DNA of 64,000 bases from an uncultured Candidatus Saccharibacteria bacterium (GTDB taxonomy: Bacteria; Patescibacteriota; Minisyncoccia; Phycocordibacterales; UBA918), in NCBI GenBank assembly GCA_964402035.1, contig CAYOAM010000001.1, positions 243,558 through 307,557 on the forward strand, given 5' to 3'. Position numbers and translations under genes: made by a program. The first letter of the stretch is position 1. Each line of letters opens with the position of its first letter. The notes beneath the pieces are model-generated. The model was given only the letters and a program-made list of their open reading frames with translations, had not been told where the DNA came from and did no database searches. Shown piece after piece: positions 51,548 to 60,726 of the stretch.

Positions 51548-52857
51548 CGCGAGTGCCACTATATGCGTTCTCTATAGGTCTGCTGCTGGCAGTTTTTTTG
51601 GCTGTGAGCGTAGGCCCATTTGTGCAAGCGCAATCAAGTCAAGTAACAGAACTCCAAAGCGAAATTTCAAAACGGAACGATCGACTCAAGGAAATTGAAG
51701 CCGAGATAGCGCAGTTTCAAAAAGATCTCCAAAAAGTAGGGGCAGAAAAAAGTACTTTACAGAAAGCAATTCAACAACTTGAACTTGAAAGAAAGAAAAT
51801 CAGTGCTGACATTAGCTATACGCAAAATAAAATTGGCTCGACGGACCTCGAGATCAGTAAACTTAACCTAGAAATTGGGACGATGGAGACCGACATTGGT
51901 ACCAACCGAGAGGCGATCGGGGAAATACTGCGTCGAGTCAATGAAACTGATCAGGACACGTTGCTTGTGGCACTGCTACGTAATGAAAATCTTGCTCAAT
52001 TTTGGAACACAATCGAGCAATTGGAAAATATCCGAAGCGCAATGGCAAAGCGGGTGAAAGAGTTGGCGTCAGTCAAAAATCTACTTGAAGTAAAGCGCAA
52101 TGATCACAAAGAAAAACGCGATGATTTAGTGGATCTTAAGAATCAGTACAGCGACCAACAAAAAATCCTTTCCAACAATAAAGTCGAAAAAGACCAGCTC
52201 CTTAAGCAAACAAAAAACAAAGAAGCAACATACCAAAGTCTACTCAAAGAAAAACAAGCTGCACGTGAGACGATAGTAAAGGAGCTCCGTGACTTTGAAT
52301 CAAAGCTTCAGTTTATCCTTGATCCGTCGACTATTCCGCCACCAGGTACCGTCGTTTTCAATTGGCCGGTCGCAAATGTGTATATTACACAGTACTTTGG
52401 AGGTACAGAATTTGCCAAAAGAAATGCATCGGTCTATGGTGGTCGCGCATACCATCCTGGAGTCGACTTTGGAGTCCCACGCGGCACCAAAATCCTTGCT
52501 CCACTGGCTGGCCGTGTACGTGCTACCGGTAACACTGACGCTGTACCTGGCTGCTATTCATGGGGCAAATGGACTCTTATTGACCACACCAACGGCCTCT
52601 CGACGCTCTACGCACATCAAGACCTCATAAGCGTCACTCCAGGCCAAGCTGTCGGTACAGGCGATGTGATCGGATATTCTGGCAATACGGGTTATTCGAC
52701 TGGGCCGCATTTGCATTTTACTGTATACGCACAAAAAGGAGTATCTGTGCGCCAATTCAACGAAATCAAGACTGTCACGAGCTGTGGTCCAGCCTCCACA
52801 CCTGTTGCAGCAACTGAAGCTTATATTGATCCCATGTTGTATTTACCAAAAGTATAA
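51544..52857 (+). CDS. coiled-coil M23 peptidase (EnvC/murein hydrolase activator-like)
   Basis: Signal peptide, long coiled coil, HPGVD, LYAH, TGPHLHF. Confidence 0.92.
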   Translation: MTRVPLYAFSIGLLLAVFLAVSVGPFVQAQSSQVTELQSEISKRNDRLKEIEAEIAQFQKDLQKVGAEKSTLQKAIQQLELERKKISADISYTQNKIGSTDLEISKLNLEIGTMETDIGTNREAIGEILRRVNETDQDTLLVALLRNENLAQFWNTIEQLENIRSAMAKRVKELASVKNLLEVKRNDHKEKRDDLVDLKNQYSDQQKILSNNKVEKDQLLKQTKNKEATYQSLLKEKQAARETIVKELRDFESKLQFILDPSTIPPPGTVVFNWPVANVYITQYFGGTEFAKRNASVYGGRAYHPGVDFGVPRGTKILAPLAGRVRATGNTDAVPGCYSWGKWTLIDHTNGLSTLYAHQDLISVTPGQAVGTGDVIGYSGNTGYSTGPHLHFTVYAQKGVSVRQFNEIKTVTSCGPASTPVAATEAYIDPMLYLPKV

Positions 52858-52864
52858 TCGCGTT

Positions 52865-53311
52865 ATGACTCAACGGCACCTGTCTGCAACTACCGTGCAT
52901 GTACTTTTACAAAATGATGACTCGTTGTTGCTATTGCGTCGACACAATACCGGGTGGGGAGATGGTATGTATGGTGTTCCTGCGGGCCATGTTGAAAAAG
53001 GAGAAAGCGTCCTCGAAGCGGCCGTACGAGAAGCAAAAGAAGAGTGCGGCGTAACCATTGACCCGCAGAACTTACATTTCGCTCATGTCATACACCAGCA
53101 ACAACGCGCACGAGACCTGATCGATAGAGTACATTTCTTTTTTACCTGCAAAATATTTGAGGGTATTCCAACAAATACCGAACCTGATGCATGCGATGAA
53201 GTCACGTGGCGCAAAAACGAAACGCTGCCAACAAATATGCTACCGTACATTACACGAACACTTGTACATATCAAAAACGGGATCGCGTACTCAGAATTTA
53301 TAGATTCTTAA
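52865..53311 (+). CDS. NUDIX hydrolase
   Basis: GHVEKGESVLEAAVREAKEECG Nudix box. Confidence 0.92.
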   Translation: MTQRHLSATTVHVLLQNDDSLLLLRRHNTGWGDGMYGVPAGHVEKGESVLEAAVREAKEECGVTIDPQNLHFAHVIHQQQRARDLIDRVHFFFTCKIFEGIPTNTEPDACDEVTWRKNETLPTNMLPYITRTLVHIKNGIAYSEFIDS

Positions 53312-53317
53312 CACTCA

Positions 53318-53829
53318 ATATTGTGCGACCCTTATTCGTACTAAGTTTTTTATCGAAGTAACCAGCACTTATTAGCTACAACCAAACAGATACTTGTATT
53401 AGCAGCTGACCGTTATCGTAAAAATAAATATTCACGATGAATATTTGTATAAAGATAGATACTCGGTTGGACTCAAGAATGATTTCCAAAACTAGACGTT
53501 TAATAAAACACAAACAAGCACAGATACGCATATAGACGTACCTATACTAGGGCCTAAATCTGGCGCAAGCTGATTCTTTGAGCTGGCTTGAGCAAAACAG
53601 AACAATATGCACACAGAATAAAAAAGCAAATAAATAAAAAAATAATCGAAATTCAAAGGAACTTAAGATAAAAAATGTACAAACATTTATTCAAATAAAG
53701 CACAGCAAAAGTTAACAAGAGTATCAGTAGAATGTAGAAGGTCAGCGGTAGCCAATGTGGAGGCTAAAGATCTGCGGGGGGCTTACACCTATACTATGCG
53801 TCGTAAAAGATATATTGTGCGACGCTTAT
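53318..53829. repeat. 18-bp direct repeat pair (17/18) bracketing an AT-rich non-coding stretch
   Basis: ATATTGTGCGACCCTTAT at 53318-53335 and ATATTGTGCGACGCTTAT at 53812-53829. Confidence 0.8.
53798..53825. other. dif-like tyrosine recombinase site (11-6-11)
   Basis: GCGTCGTAAAA-GATATA-TTGTGCGACGC; arms 9/11 inverted; resembles the XerC-type arm. Confidence 0.55.
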
Positions 53830-53894
53830 GCCCATAGAGGAGCAGCTCCCCATCAAGGTAACAATCAATTAAGGCCTTCTGATCTACTGGTACT

Positions 53895-54449
53895 TTAGAT
53901 CTTATTTTGCAAAAATTCCCGGAGTTTTTTTGCAGCGGCGCCACGCATGCTAATTTTATTCTTCTCTTCTTGAGTCATTTCAGCAAAAGTCTTCCTGTAG
54001 CCTTCTGGCACAAAAATGAGATCCCAACCAAAGCCTTCTTTGACACGTGGAGCTACTACCCTACCCACCACCTCGCCTTCAAAGAAATGTACTGCGTCTT
54101 TTGATTCAGCATATCCAATAATAGTTTTTGCTGTTGCTTTTGTATCACCAAGTTTTGCTGCAATATCTGCTAGTCCAGTATCTCCAAGTGACGAGAGAAA
54201 CCATTTTATAAGTGGTCCTGGCAATCCACCAAGTGCGTCGAGGTATAGAGACATATCTTCTACCATACAAGGACCAGTAGTATGTTTAAAAGCTTCATGG
54301 AGCTTTGCCTCAATAATCTTGCGAGCATCAAGTTCCTGAATCTCCGTCAAATCAACCGTCAGCTGAACGAGACTAACGCTACTACTCGCCACAATAGCGT
54401 CTATTTCTTGAAACTTTCTGCTACTACCGGTTATGAATGTAATGTTCAT
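53895..54449 (-). CDS. non-canonical purine NTP pyrophosphatase (Ham1/ITPase/RdgB family)
   Basis: TGS..K..E, LGGLPGP.IKWF, FGWD, TFAEM...EKNKISMR. Confidence 0.93.
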   Translation of the reverse strand: MNITFITGSSRKFQEIDAIVASSSVSLVQLTVDLTEIQELDARKIIEAKLHEAFKHTTGPCMVEDMSLYLDALGGLPGPLIKWFLSSLGDTGLADIAAKLGDTKATAKTIIGYAESKDAVHFFEGEVVGRVVAPRVKEGFGWDLIFVPEGYRKTFAEMTQEEKNKISMRGAAAKKLREFLQNKI

Positions 54450-54485
54450 GATAGAAATTATACATCTAATGTATCTTTGCTTATT

Positions 54486-54818
54486 TCAAACCATTTTTCC
54501 ACCGTTAGGAACATTGTGAGTTGGCCGCAGCAACACTATAGCGCCAGTACTATCCGGTAGTCCTAGTATCAAAACCTCCGAGAGAAACGGCCCGACTTGT
54601 TTTGGCGCAAAATTAACGACCGCAACGACCTGCGTTCCCACCAACTCTTCTTTACTGTAATTTGCGGTGATCTGAGCTGAAGATCGCTTTACTCCTATAT
54701 CCGTACCAAAATCCATTGTAAGTTGATAGGAGGGCTTTCTTGCTTCAGGAAAATCCTCAACAGAAACAATAGTACCAACCCTCACATCAACATTCAGAAA
54801 ATCAGTATATGAAATCAT
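54486..54818 (-). CDS. csaA: CsaA-like tRNA-binding protein
   Basis: DVRVGTI...FPEARKP, SSAQIT, VVNFAPKQVG..SEVL. Confidence 0.9.
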   Translation of the reverse strand: MISYTDFLNVDVRVGTIVSVEDFPEARKPSYQLTMDFGTDIGVKRSSAQITANYSKEELVGTQVVAVVNFAPKQVGPFLSEVLILGLPDSTGAIVLLRPTHNVPNGGKMV

Positions 54819-54825
54819 ACACAAG

Positions 54826-55053
54826 CTACTGCATTAAAGTAAATCTAGACATGCGTTGTCCATCAACTTCGATCTCTTTTACAAATTCTGCATACGGGCG
54901 TACCCAAACCGTACCTGACTTGTAGTCACCAGAGTCTTGCTGTGATTCATAGACAACTACTGGCTCTTGCGTCTCTTCCAATAATCCCAGCGCTATAACC
55001 TTATAGAGGCCGCCCTTATAGTGCTGATACATGCCTAAACGTACATCAAACAT
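54826..55053 (-). CDS. DUF1653 family protein
   Basis: G.YQHYKG..Y.V, VVY, WVRP...F, RF. Confidence 0.88.
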   Translation of the reverse strand: MFDVRLGMYQHYKGGLYKVIALGLLEETQEPVVVYESQQDSGDYKSGTVWVRPYAEFVKEIEVDGQRMSRFTLMQ

Positions 55054-55057
55054 ACTA

Positions 55058-55624
55058 TTAATATTTACGGACTACTCCACGCACAACAGCGGCAATGCGC
55101 AAGCTATGCTTGGGATAAATCGGTTTAAAATTTTTATTTGCGGGTTCAAGCCATGTACGATCTCCCAATTTTTTCAGAAACTTAAGGGTCCATTCACCAT
55201 CAACTTCAGCAACAACGATGTCTCCATCACGCGCAGTACTTGCGCGTTCGGCCACCACCAAATCACCTTCTTCAATATGCACTTCTATCATCGAATCACC
55301 TTTTACTTCAAGCAAAAAAGTGCGGCCACGATCAGCTATGAGGTAGCCATCCAAGCTCATAGTATCCAGTGCTTCTGCATCAACCATTGTCGGTGAACCA
55401 GCTTGTACCAACCCCAGCAGAGGAAGCTCAGAAAGGCGGTCGGTGGGTATAAGTCTTCCCTGCCCATCCTTGCTCACAACCCCATCATCAACCAACTTGG
55501 CGACCAACTTGTACACAGCATTTTTTGATTTAAAACCAACCAGTTTTAAAATCTCTTGATACGAGGGCATGCGTCGCTCTCGTTCGTAGAATCCAATTAT
55601 TTTTTTCTTATAGTCTTGATACAT
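55058..55624 (-). CDS. lexA: LexA-like repressor, paralog 1
   Basis: Winged HTH (MPSYQEI..GFKSKNAV), AG cleavage site (VQAGSP), GDSM serine, TLK lysine; GGAG SD. Confidence 0.88.
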   Translation of the reverse strand: MYQDYKKKIIGFYERERRMPSYQEILKLVGFKSKNAVYKLVAKLVDDGVVSKDGQGRLIPTDRLSELPLLGLVQAGSPTMVDAEALDTMSLDGYLIADRGRTFLLEVKGDSMIEVHIEEGDLVVAERASTARDGDIVVAEVDGEWTLKFLKKLGDRTWLEPANKNFKPIYPKHSLRIAAVVRGVVRKY

Positions 55625-55626
55625 GT

Positions 55627-55827
55627 TTATCTCCATGAGGGGATGAAAACTCGGAAGAGGCGAGAAATGGAACGACGAGTGTCTTCCCTACGAAGCTGAG
55701 CAAGCAAGCTTTTGTGGCGGCGGGCTTCTCTTCGGTAATCAGCATCTTGCATGATCTTGCGATCGATGATGCCATTGAGCTTTTGTATTTCGATATTGAG
55801 AGCCTTAAGATATTCTTGCTTGTTCAT
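55627..55827 (-). CDS. small basic helical hypothetical protein, first gene of an operator-controlled unit
   Basis: ORF directly after the operator promoter and 2 nt before the lexA start. Confidence 0.7.
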   Translation of the reverse strand: MNKQEYLKALNIEIQKLNGIIDRKIMQDADYRREARRHKSLLAQLRREDTRRSISRLFRVFIPSWR

Positions 55828-55857
55828 GATAATTGTACCTTATACTTGTATAGATAT

Positions 55858-55886
55858 AGTATAGGTGAACGGACGTTCACCGTCAA
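55858..55886 (-). promoter_or_regulatory. sigma-70 promoter with embedded LexA-type operator
   Basis: TTGACG-GTGAACGTCCGTTCACC-TATACT, 17-bp spacer containing GAAC-N4-GTTC. Confidence 0.88.
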
Positions 55887-55915
55887 GAATTTGTACACTT
55901 TTTCTTGTGGATAAC

Positions 55916-57223
55916 CTAGTCAACTTCACCCAACATAGGGATTGCCAGGCGTTTACGAGCAGTCTCACCTTTAAAAAGAAGGGTCGCGCGACGACTGACT
56001 TCCCCACGCTCCCCTACATGCGCTCCAAGCTTCATTGCTTTAAAACTGGAACCGAGAAAAATAGCATGCTTTCCATATTTTTCTGAAAGCGCATCCACAC
56101 TTTCAAAGATACGGGTAAGTGTCTCTGAACGCTGCACGGTGCCAAAAAGATCGAGCTGTTCTGTTGATACCTCTGTAAGCCCCACAAAGGTGACTCCGGT
56201 TGCGCGATATGTTGTACCGGTCTTAAAGATGCTGCTAAATCGTTCTCCTAATGCTTGCAGAATATCGTGTGGGTTGTTGGTAGGATGCGACAACTCAATC
56301 TCTATTGAGTGAAATCTGAAATCTTGTGTTTTCAAAAATACCAATGCACGCGCAGAGACCAGATGCCATCGGCGCATTTTGATACATGCATTTTCAATAT
56401 TTTTTGATAGCTGAGAAAAGACAAATGACACATTGGGAGACGGCGGTGTAAATGTCTTTGTCTTACTAATAGACTGAAAGCTTTTTCTTCCTTCGATATC
56501 AAGTGGAAATACTTTGATACCATTGAGCTCCTGCCAAATCTCTAGATATGGCTTCGAAAGCATACTGCGCACCCACCCTTCATCACGCTCCGCAAACTGT
56601 AGCGCAGTTGTGATGCCATACTTGGTGAGCAACGCCGCTGTTTGGGGCCCTATCCCCCACACTGATCCAATCGGTAATTTTGCCAAATATACTCCTGCAT
56701 CGCGTAGTGGTATCACCGTGAGGCCGGATGGTTTTTTCCATTTTGATCCAAGTTTGGCAAGCACCTTGGTTGCAGAGAGTCCAATAGAAAATGTCATACC
56801 AAGTTCTGTATCGAGATCATGTTTAATCCGCTCTGCAATCGTCGCATAGGAACAATGATGCACTCGTCGCATGCCACCAAGATCAGCAAAACACTCATCA
56901 ATACTGTACTCTTCTACCGCAGGCGTATACCGACGAACGATATCGTACATGCGCTGAGAAAAGAGACAGTACGTCTCATAATCAGACGGAAGTACAATTG
57001 CTTTTGGACATAATTTTTTGGCTTCAGAAATACGCATACCTGTTTTGACCCCGCACGCTTTTGCTTCATAGGTGGATGCAGATACAATACCCCGCTCTTT
57101 TCCAGTAATGACTGGCTTACCACGAAGTGCTGGATTTTTGGCAACTTCACACGATGCAAAAAAAGAATCTCCGTCGATATGGAGAATGGCGTGTGGAAAT
57201 GAGCTCAATGATCCCCAACTCAT
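55916..57223 (-). CDS. Y-family DNA polymerase (UmuC/DinB; UmuC-like signatures)
   Basis: HIDGDSFFASCE, YEAK, YSIDECFADL, VWGIG, QLDLF clamp-binding motif. Confidence 0.93.
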   Translation of the reverse strand: MSWGSLSSFPHAILHIDGDSFFASCEVAKNPALRGKPVITGKERGIVSASTYEAKACGVKTGMRISEAKKLCPKAIVLPSDYETYCLFSQRMYDIVRRYTPAVEEYSIDECFADLGGMRRVHHCSYATIAERIKHDLDTELGMTFSIGLSATKVLAKLGSKWKKPSGLTVIPLRDAGVYLAKLPIGSVWGIGPQTAALLTKYGITTALQFAERDEGWVRSMLSKPYLEIWQELNGIKVFPLDIEGRKSFQSISKTKTFTPPSPNVSFVFSQLSKNIENACIKMRRWHLVSARALVFLKTQDFRFHSIEIELSHPTNNPHDILQALGERFSSIFKTGTTYRATGVTFVGLTEVSTEQLDLFGTVQRSETLTRIFESVDALSEKYGKHAIFLGSSFKAMKLGAHVGERGEVSRRATLLFKGETARKRLAIPMLGEVD

Positions 57224-57225
57224 AG

Positions 57226-57801
57226 CTAATACTTGCGCACCACGGCAGTGACGACCGCTTCAATTTTCAAATCTTCTTTTGGATACATGCGTGGATATTT
57301 TTTGTTTGCCGGCTCGAGGAAATATTTTCCTGCGTCCTTTCTTAGATACTTGAGTGTGTATTGCCCATCGACTGCCGCAACCACAATCTGCCCCACTTTG
57401 TAGGTCGCTTTTCGTTCGACAATAACCATGTCTCCCGGATGAATACCCGCATCGATCATGGAATCGCCTTTTACCTTAAGTATGTAACTAGCTTCTTTAT
57501 TTGGGGTGAGATACTCATCAAAATCCATAACATCAAGCAGTTCTTCCTCTGCCGGAGACGGAAAGCCCGCCTCAACAAGACCCAAAAGCCGGGTGCCCCG
57601 CAGCGCCCTTCCAGGCGAGAGATGGCCCTTAGTATCCTTTTCCAAGACCCCGCTCTCTACAAGCCGTTCTATGAGCTTATAGACGGCGTTTTTAGACCGA
57701 AATCCCGTCATATCCATGATCTCCTGGTACCCTGGCATACGTCGAGTACGCTCATAAAAAGAGATGATTTTGTCGCGGTAGGTGTGTTGGCGTGTTTTCA
57801 T
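57226..57801 (-). CDS. lexA: LexA-like repressor, paralog 2, with UmuD-like cleavage region
   Basis: HTH (MPGYQEI..GFRSKNAV), VEAGFPSPAEE, GDSM, TLK; 2 nt upstream of the polymerase ATG. Confidence 0.88.
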   Translation of the reverse strand: MKTRQHTYRDKIISFYERTRRMPGYQEIMDMTGFRSKNAVYKLIERLVESGVLEKDTKGHLSPGRALRGTRLLGLVEAGFPSPAEEELLDVMDFDEYLTPNKEASYILKVKGDSMIDAGIHPGDMVIVERKATYKVGQIVVAAVDGQYTLKYLRKDAGKYFLEPANKKYPRMYPKEDLKIEAVVTAVVRKY

Positions 57802-57809
57802 ACAGGTGA

Positions 57810-57838
57810 AGTATAGGTGAACTATAGTTCACCGTCAA
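57810..57838 (-). promoter_or_regulatory. sigma-70 promoter with embedded LexA-type operator
   Basis: TTGACG-GTGAACTATAGTTCACC-TATACT; 25/29 identical to 55858-55886. Confidence 0.9.
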
Positions 57839-57865
57839 TAAAAACACTGGTACAACTAAAACGAG

Positions 57866-57897
57866 AAAATGGCGGCATCCAAAATGGATACCACCCT
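57866..57897 (-). terminator. probable terminator of the upstream minus-strand gene
   Basis: On minus: GGTGGTATCCA-TTT-TGGATGCCGCC followed by T-rich tail. Confidence 0.6.
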
Positions 57898-57915
57898 TTT
57901 CTAAAACTACAACTC

Positions 57916-58530
57916 CTACCCCTGCTTATTCATCCCCTTCCAAAAGAAAGCAGTTCCTGATGCAAGAAATGCGAGTCCCAAGAGCCACGTAAGTCCACCA
58001 AACACTGAACCAAATCCCCCACCCATCATACCGCTATGTCCACGTCCTCCCATCATACCCCAATTGTCGTCACTACCCTTTCGCGCGTCTCCACTAAAAC
58101 CACCTCCCATATGATCTCCCATCATTGGTGAAAAATATTCTGCACCTTTTGGAAGAGCAGCTCCCGTATCACATCCACTTAAGCGTTTCCCCATCGCAAT
58201 ATGCATCTGTTCTTCCCCTTCTTCCCCAAGCCTGTCTGCCATCATGGTATTCATTGCCTCATGATTGGCACCCATCATGTTACCCATAAAGAAATCAGCC
58301 AGTACATCAAAATCCTCATCTTTCAAATCTTTGCAGGTCACCTGTTTGCTCTGCAATTTGTCCCACACTGCCTTCCCCTCTGCTTCTTCTTCAGAAATAG
58401 TCTTTGATCCCGTGTTTGCCGTTGTCGTACCCATAACCTTGTTATTCATACCACCCATCATCTGCGCATGTGCAGGAATACCAATGGCAAATGCCATGAA
58501 TAACGGGACCACCATGAATATTTTTTTCAT
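57916..58530 (-). CDS. exported Met/Gly-rich protein with C-terminal TM
   Basis: Signal peptide ending AHA, repeated MMG, two Cys, several His, C-terminal anchor. Confidence 0.8.
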   Translation of the reverse strand: MKKIFMVVPLFMAFAIGIPAHAQMMGGMNNKVMGTTTANTGSKTISEEEAEGKAVWDKLQSKQVTCKDLKDEDFDVLADFFMGNMMGANHEAMNTMMADRLGEEGEEQMHIAMGKRLSGCDTGAALPKGAEYFSPMMGDHMGGGFSGDARKGSDDNWGMMGGRGHSGMMGGGFGSVFGGLTWLLGLAFLASGTAFFWKGMNKQG

Positions 58531-58662
58531 AAGATATTCAAATCAAATAATAAAGGACTACTTCGATGCTTCCTCTATTGTCCAGTATACGCCGATTGAC
58601 CGATTTTCATACGTACACGAAAACAACATCCTTTCGCACCAATTACTACGTATAACAGCAAG

Positions 58663-60726
58663 TTAAATTTCAGCCAATATCTGAATCGTACCTTGGGCGC
58701 CGTCAATACGAACTCGTTCGCCTACACGCAGTGTCTTTTGCGGTGCCACTACCACCGGGATACGATACTCACGAGCAACAATTGCAAGGTGCGATAAGAT
58801 TCCACCTTGCTTTGAAATAATTCCTGCAATCCGATCAAAGTACATGGTGAGCTTTGGATCCAACGTATCGACCAATAAAATCGACCCTTCTGGCATCACA
58901 TCTCCCGCAGCTACTAGCACCCCTTCCGCGACCCCCGAAGAAACACCTTGGTTCGTATCAAGCGTGGATGTTGAGACACTGGCAATAGTCTGCGGAAACT
59001 CATAGGTGCTCTGTACTTCATATTCAGATTTTCTTTGCTCAAGAGATTCTTTGTCAAAACGACCCGTACGCGCCTCATCAAGTGTCAAATAATACATGAA
59101 GTGTTCGTATTCTAACCCGACCAGGGTACGCAAAGCGTTTCGTAGACCGGATAGACACATAACCGTAATCCAGCGCCCTTCTTCTCGCAGTATTTCATAT
59201 TGTCGTGCAGAATGTATGGCATCTTTAATATCTGCGGATTCTTTTGTCGATCGTTGCTGCCACCACCGCTGAATTGCTTCATCGTCAAAAGAAGCAGCCT
59301 CCATACGTGCGCGAAAAACACTCTCATCTCCAATATTTAGAGAATTGCCGACCATCTGGCCTTCTATTTCTGAAAGAAGGCTACTACTAGCATGCGTCTC
59401 AACGGAGGAGATCACCGATGTACCAAGAAGCTCATGTGCTTTATAGGGAGTATTTTTTAGCACACTGTCGAGTTTTTTAAATACTTTTTCAGCAATGATA
59501 TTTACAGCAAAAATATCTGTGTACGCGGCAACAAGCATCAAGAGCCAGTCTGAAAAAGTGTGGTCTTGAGATGCCATTTGTCTTATTTTTTGCACATGCG
59601 CACGAAATAGATCGTGTGTCAGAGCCCAGTCATGTGTCGGTATCTGTTGGAGATAATAGACATTCCGAAGCGTGGTCCATAATCCTCGCAGAGTTACAAT
59701 ACGTGGTGAAAGCGATGCAGTGCCAAAATAGGAATGTGTGGGGAAAAAATTCTGCAGTTCTGCTTGCTTATCGATGTATAGGGTGTTTTTAAACACCTGT
59801 ATCATGGATTCCGGTTCGTATTGTATGTGGAAACGTTTGTACGCTACAGCGATCGCTCCGTCTTTTTGATAGAGATAGAGTAGTATGTCGCGTGCAAGTG
59901 GGTATGGTTTTGTAAAAGAATCAGCCAAGGTAGTCTGATCATAATAAAAGTCATCAGCAGCGATTGTTACATCCAAGAAGCGCAATGCTCGATAGCGTGA
60001 TTCTGAAATAGTCGTAATGGGTCTTGTCTGCAATACATACACAACCCCCTTGATTATCGCCCACTCAACATCCTGTGGAGCGTCATATTCTTGCTCAAGC
60101 TTTTTTGTGAGCGCAACAAGGTCGCCAAAACCAGCAAATGGAATAGGCGACGGTATTTTTTTACAAGAGAAAACCAAACGCTCTGAAGCTCCTCCACCAA
60201 CGACATCCGCACCGTTACCCTCTTTCCATTCAACAACCATTTCATAGCCACCCAGCGGATTGCGACTAAAAATAACACCTGCAATATCTGGTTCAACGTA
60301 CGCTTGAATAATAAGAGAAAAAGGATGTGCTACTGTCGCGTAGCCTTTTGCCTGTGCTTCTGCGATCACCGCATGTATCGCCGCTCCAATATCGTGAGGC
60401 GACACGTCAAGTTTCGTCATAAATGCCCCCGCATGTGAATGCGTACCACCATCTTCTCCTTGAGCACTCGAACGAACAGCATACCGTTGTGCTACAACAT
60501 CTCGTGATATCGCGGATACCAGAGGCATTAACAGCTCCTGCGGATCGCCGGCGTACACAAGGTCCTGAACCGTCTCAATACTTATCGCAACAAACGCAGG
60601 CACACGGTATCCGTGCTCATGACACTGTGCAAGCCGCACTGTTTTTTGGCCGAATAATTGAGCGCGTGCAAGAACCTCCGTTGGAGCAAATACAAGCGGC
60701 TCTTCTGCATTTCTTCTATTCTCCAT
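58663..60726 (-). CDS. PEP-utilising enzyme-like phosphotransferase (ATP-grasp plus C-terminal His swivel)
   Basis: AVRSSAQGED...HAG, AGVIFSRNP, DVEWA...LQTRPIT, GGILSHLAIVAREY. Confidence 0.88.
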   Translation of the reverse strand: MENRRNAEEPLVFAPTEVLARAQLFGQKTVRLAQCHEHGYRVPAFVAISIETVQDLVYAGDPQELLMPLVSAISRDVVAQRYAVRSSAQGEDGGTHSHAGAFMTKLDVSPHDIGAAIHAVIAEAQAKGYATVAHPFSLIIQAYVEPDIAGVIFSRNPLGGYEMVVEWKEGNGADVVGGGASERLVFSCKKIPSPIPFAGFGDLVALTKKLEQEYDAPQDVEWAIIKGVVYVLQTRPITTISESRYRALRFLDVTIAADDFYYDQTTLADSFTKPYPLARDILLYLYQKDGAIAVAYKRFHIQYEPESMIQVFKNTLYIDKQAELQNFFPTHSYFGTASLSPRIVTLRGLWTTLRNVYYLQQIPTHDWALTHDLFRAHVQKIRQMASQDHTFSDWLLMLVAAYTDIFAVNIIAEKVFKKLDSVLKNTPYKAHELLGTSVISSVETHASSSLLSEIEGQMVGNSLNIGDESVFRARMEAASFDDEAIQRWWQQRSTKESADIKDAIHSARQYEILREEGRWITVMCLSGLRNALRTLVGLEYEHFMYYLTLDEARTGRFDKESLEQRKSEYEVQSTYEFPQTIASVSTSTLDTNQGVSSGVAEGVLVAAGDVMPEGSILLVDTLDPKLTMYFDRIAGIISKQGGILSHLAIVAREYRIPVVVAPQKTLRVGERVRIDGAQGTIQILAEI

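Noticed and set aside
53340-53790. Membrane protein gene on the minus strand, possibly with stop-codon recoding
   Set aside because: Interrupted by TGA, TAG and TAA alike, and genes elsewhere end normally in TGA; at most a decayed remnant
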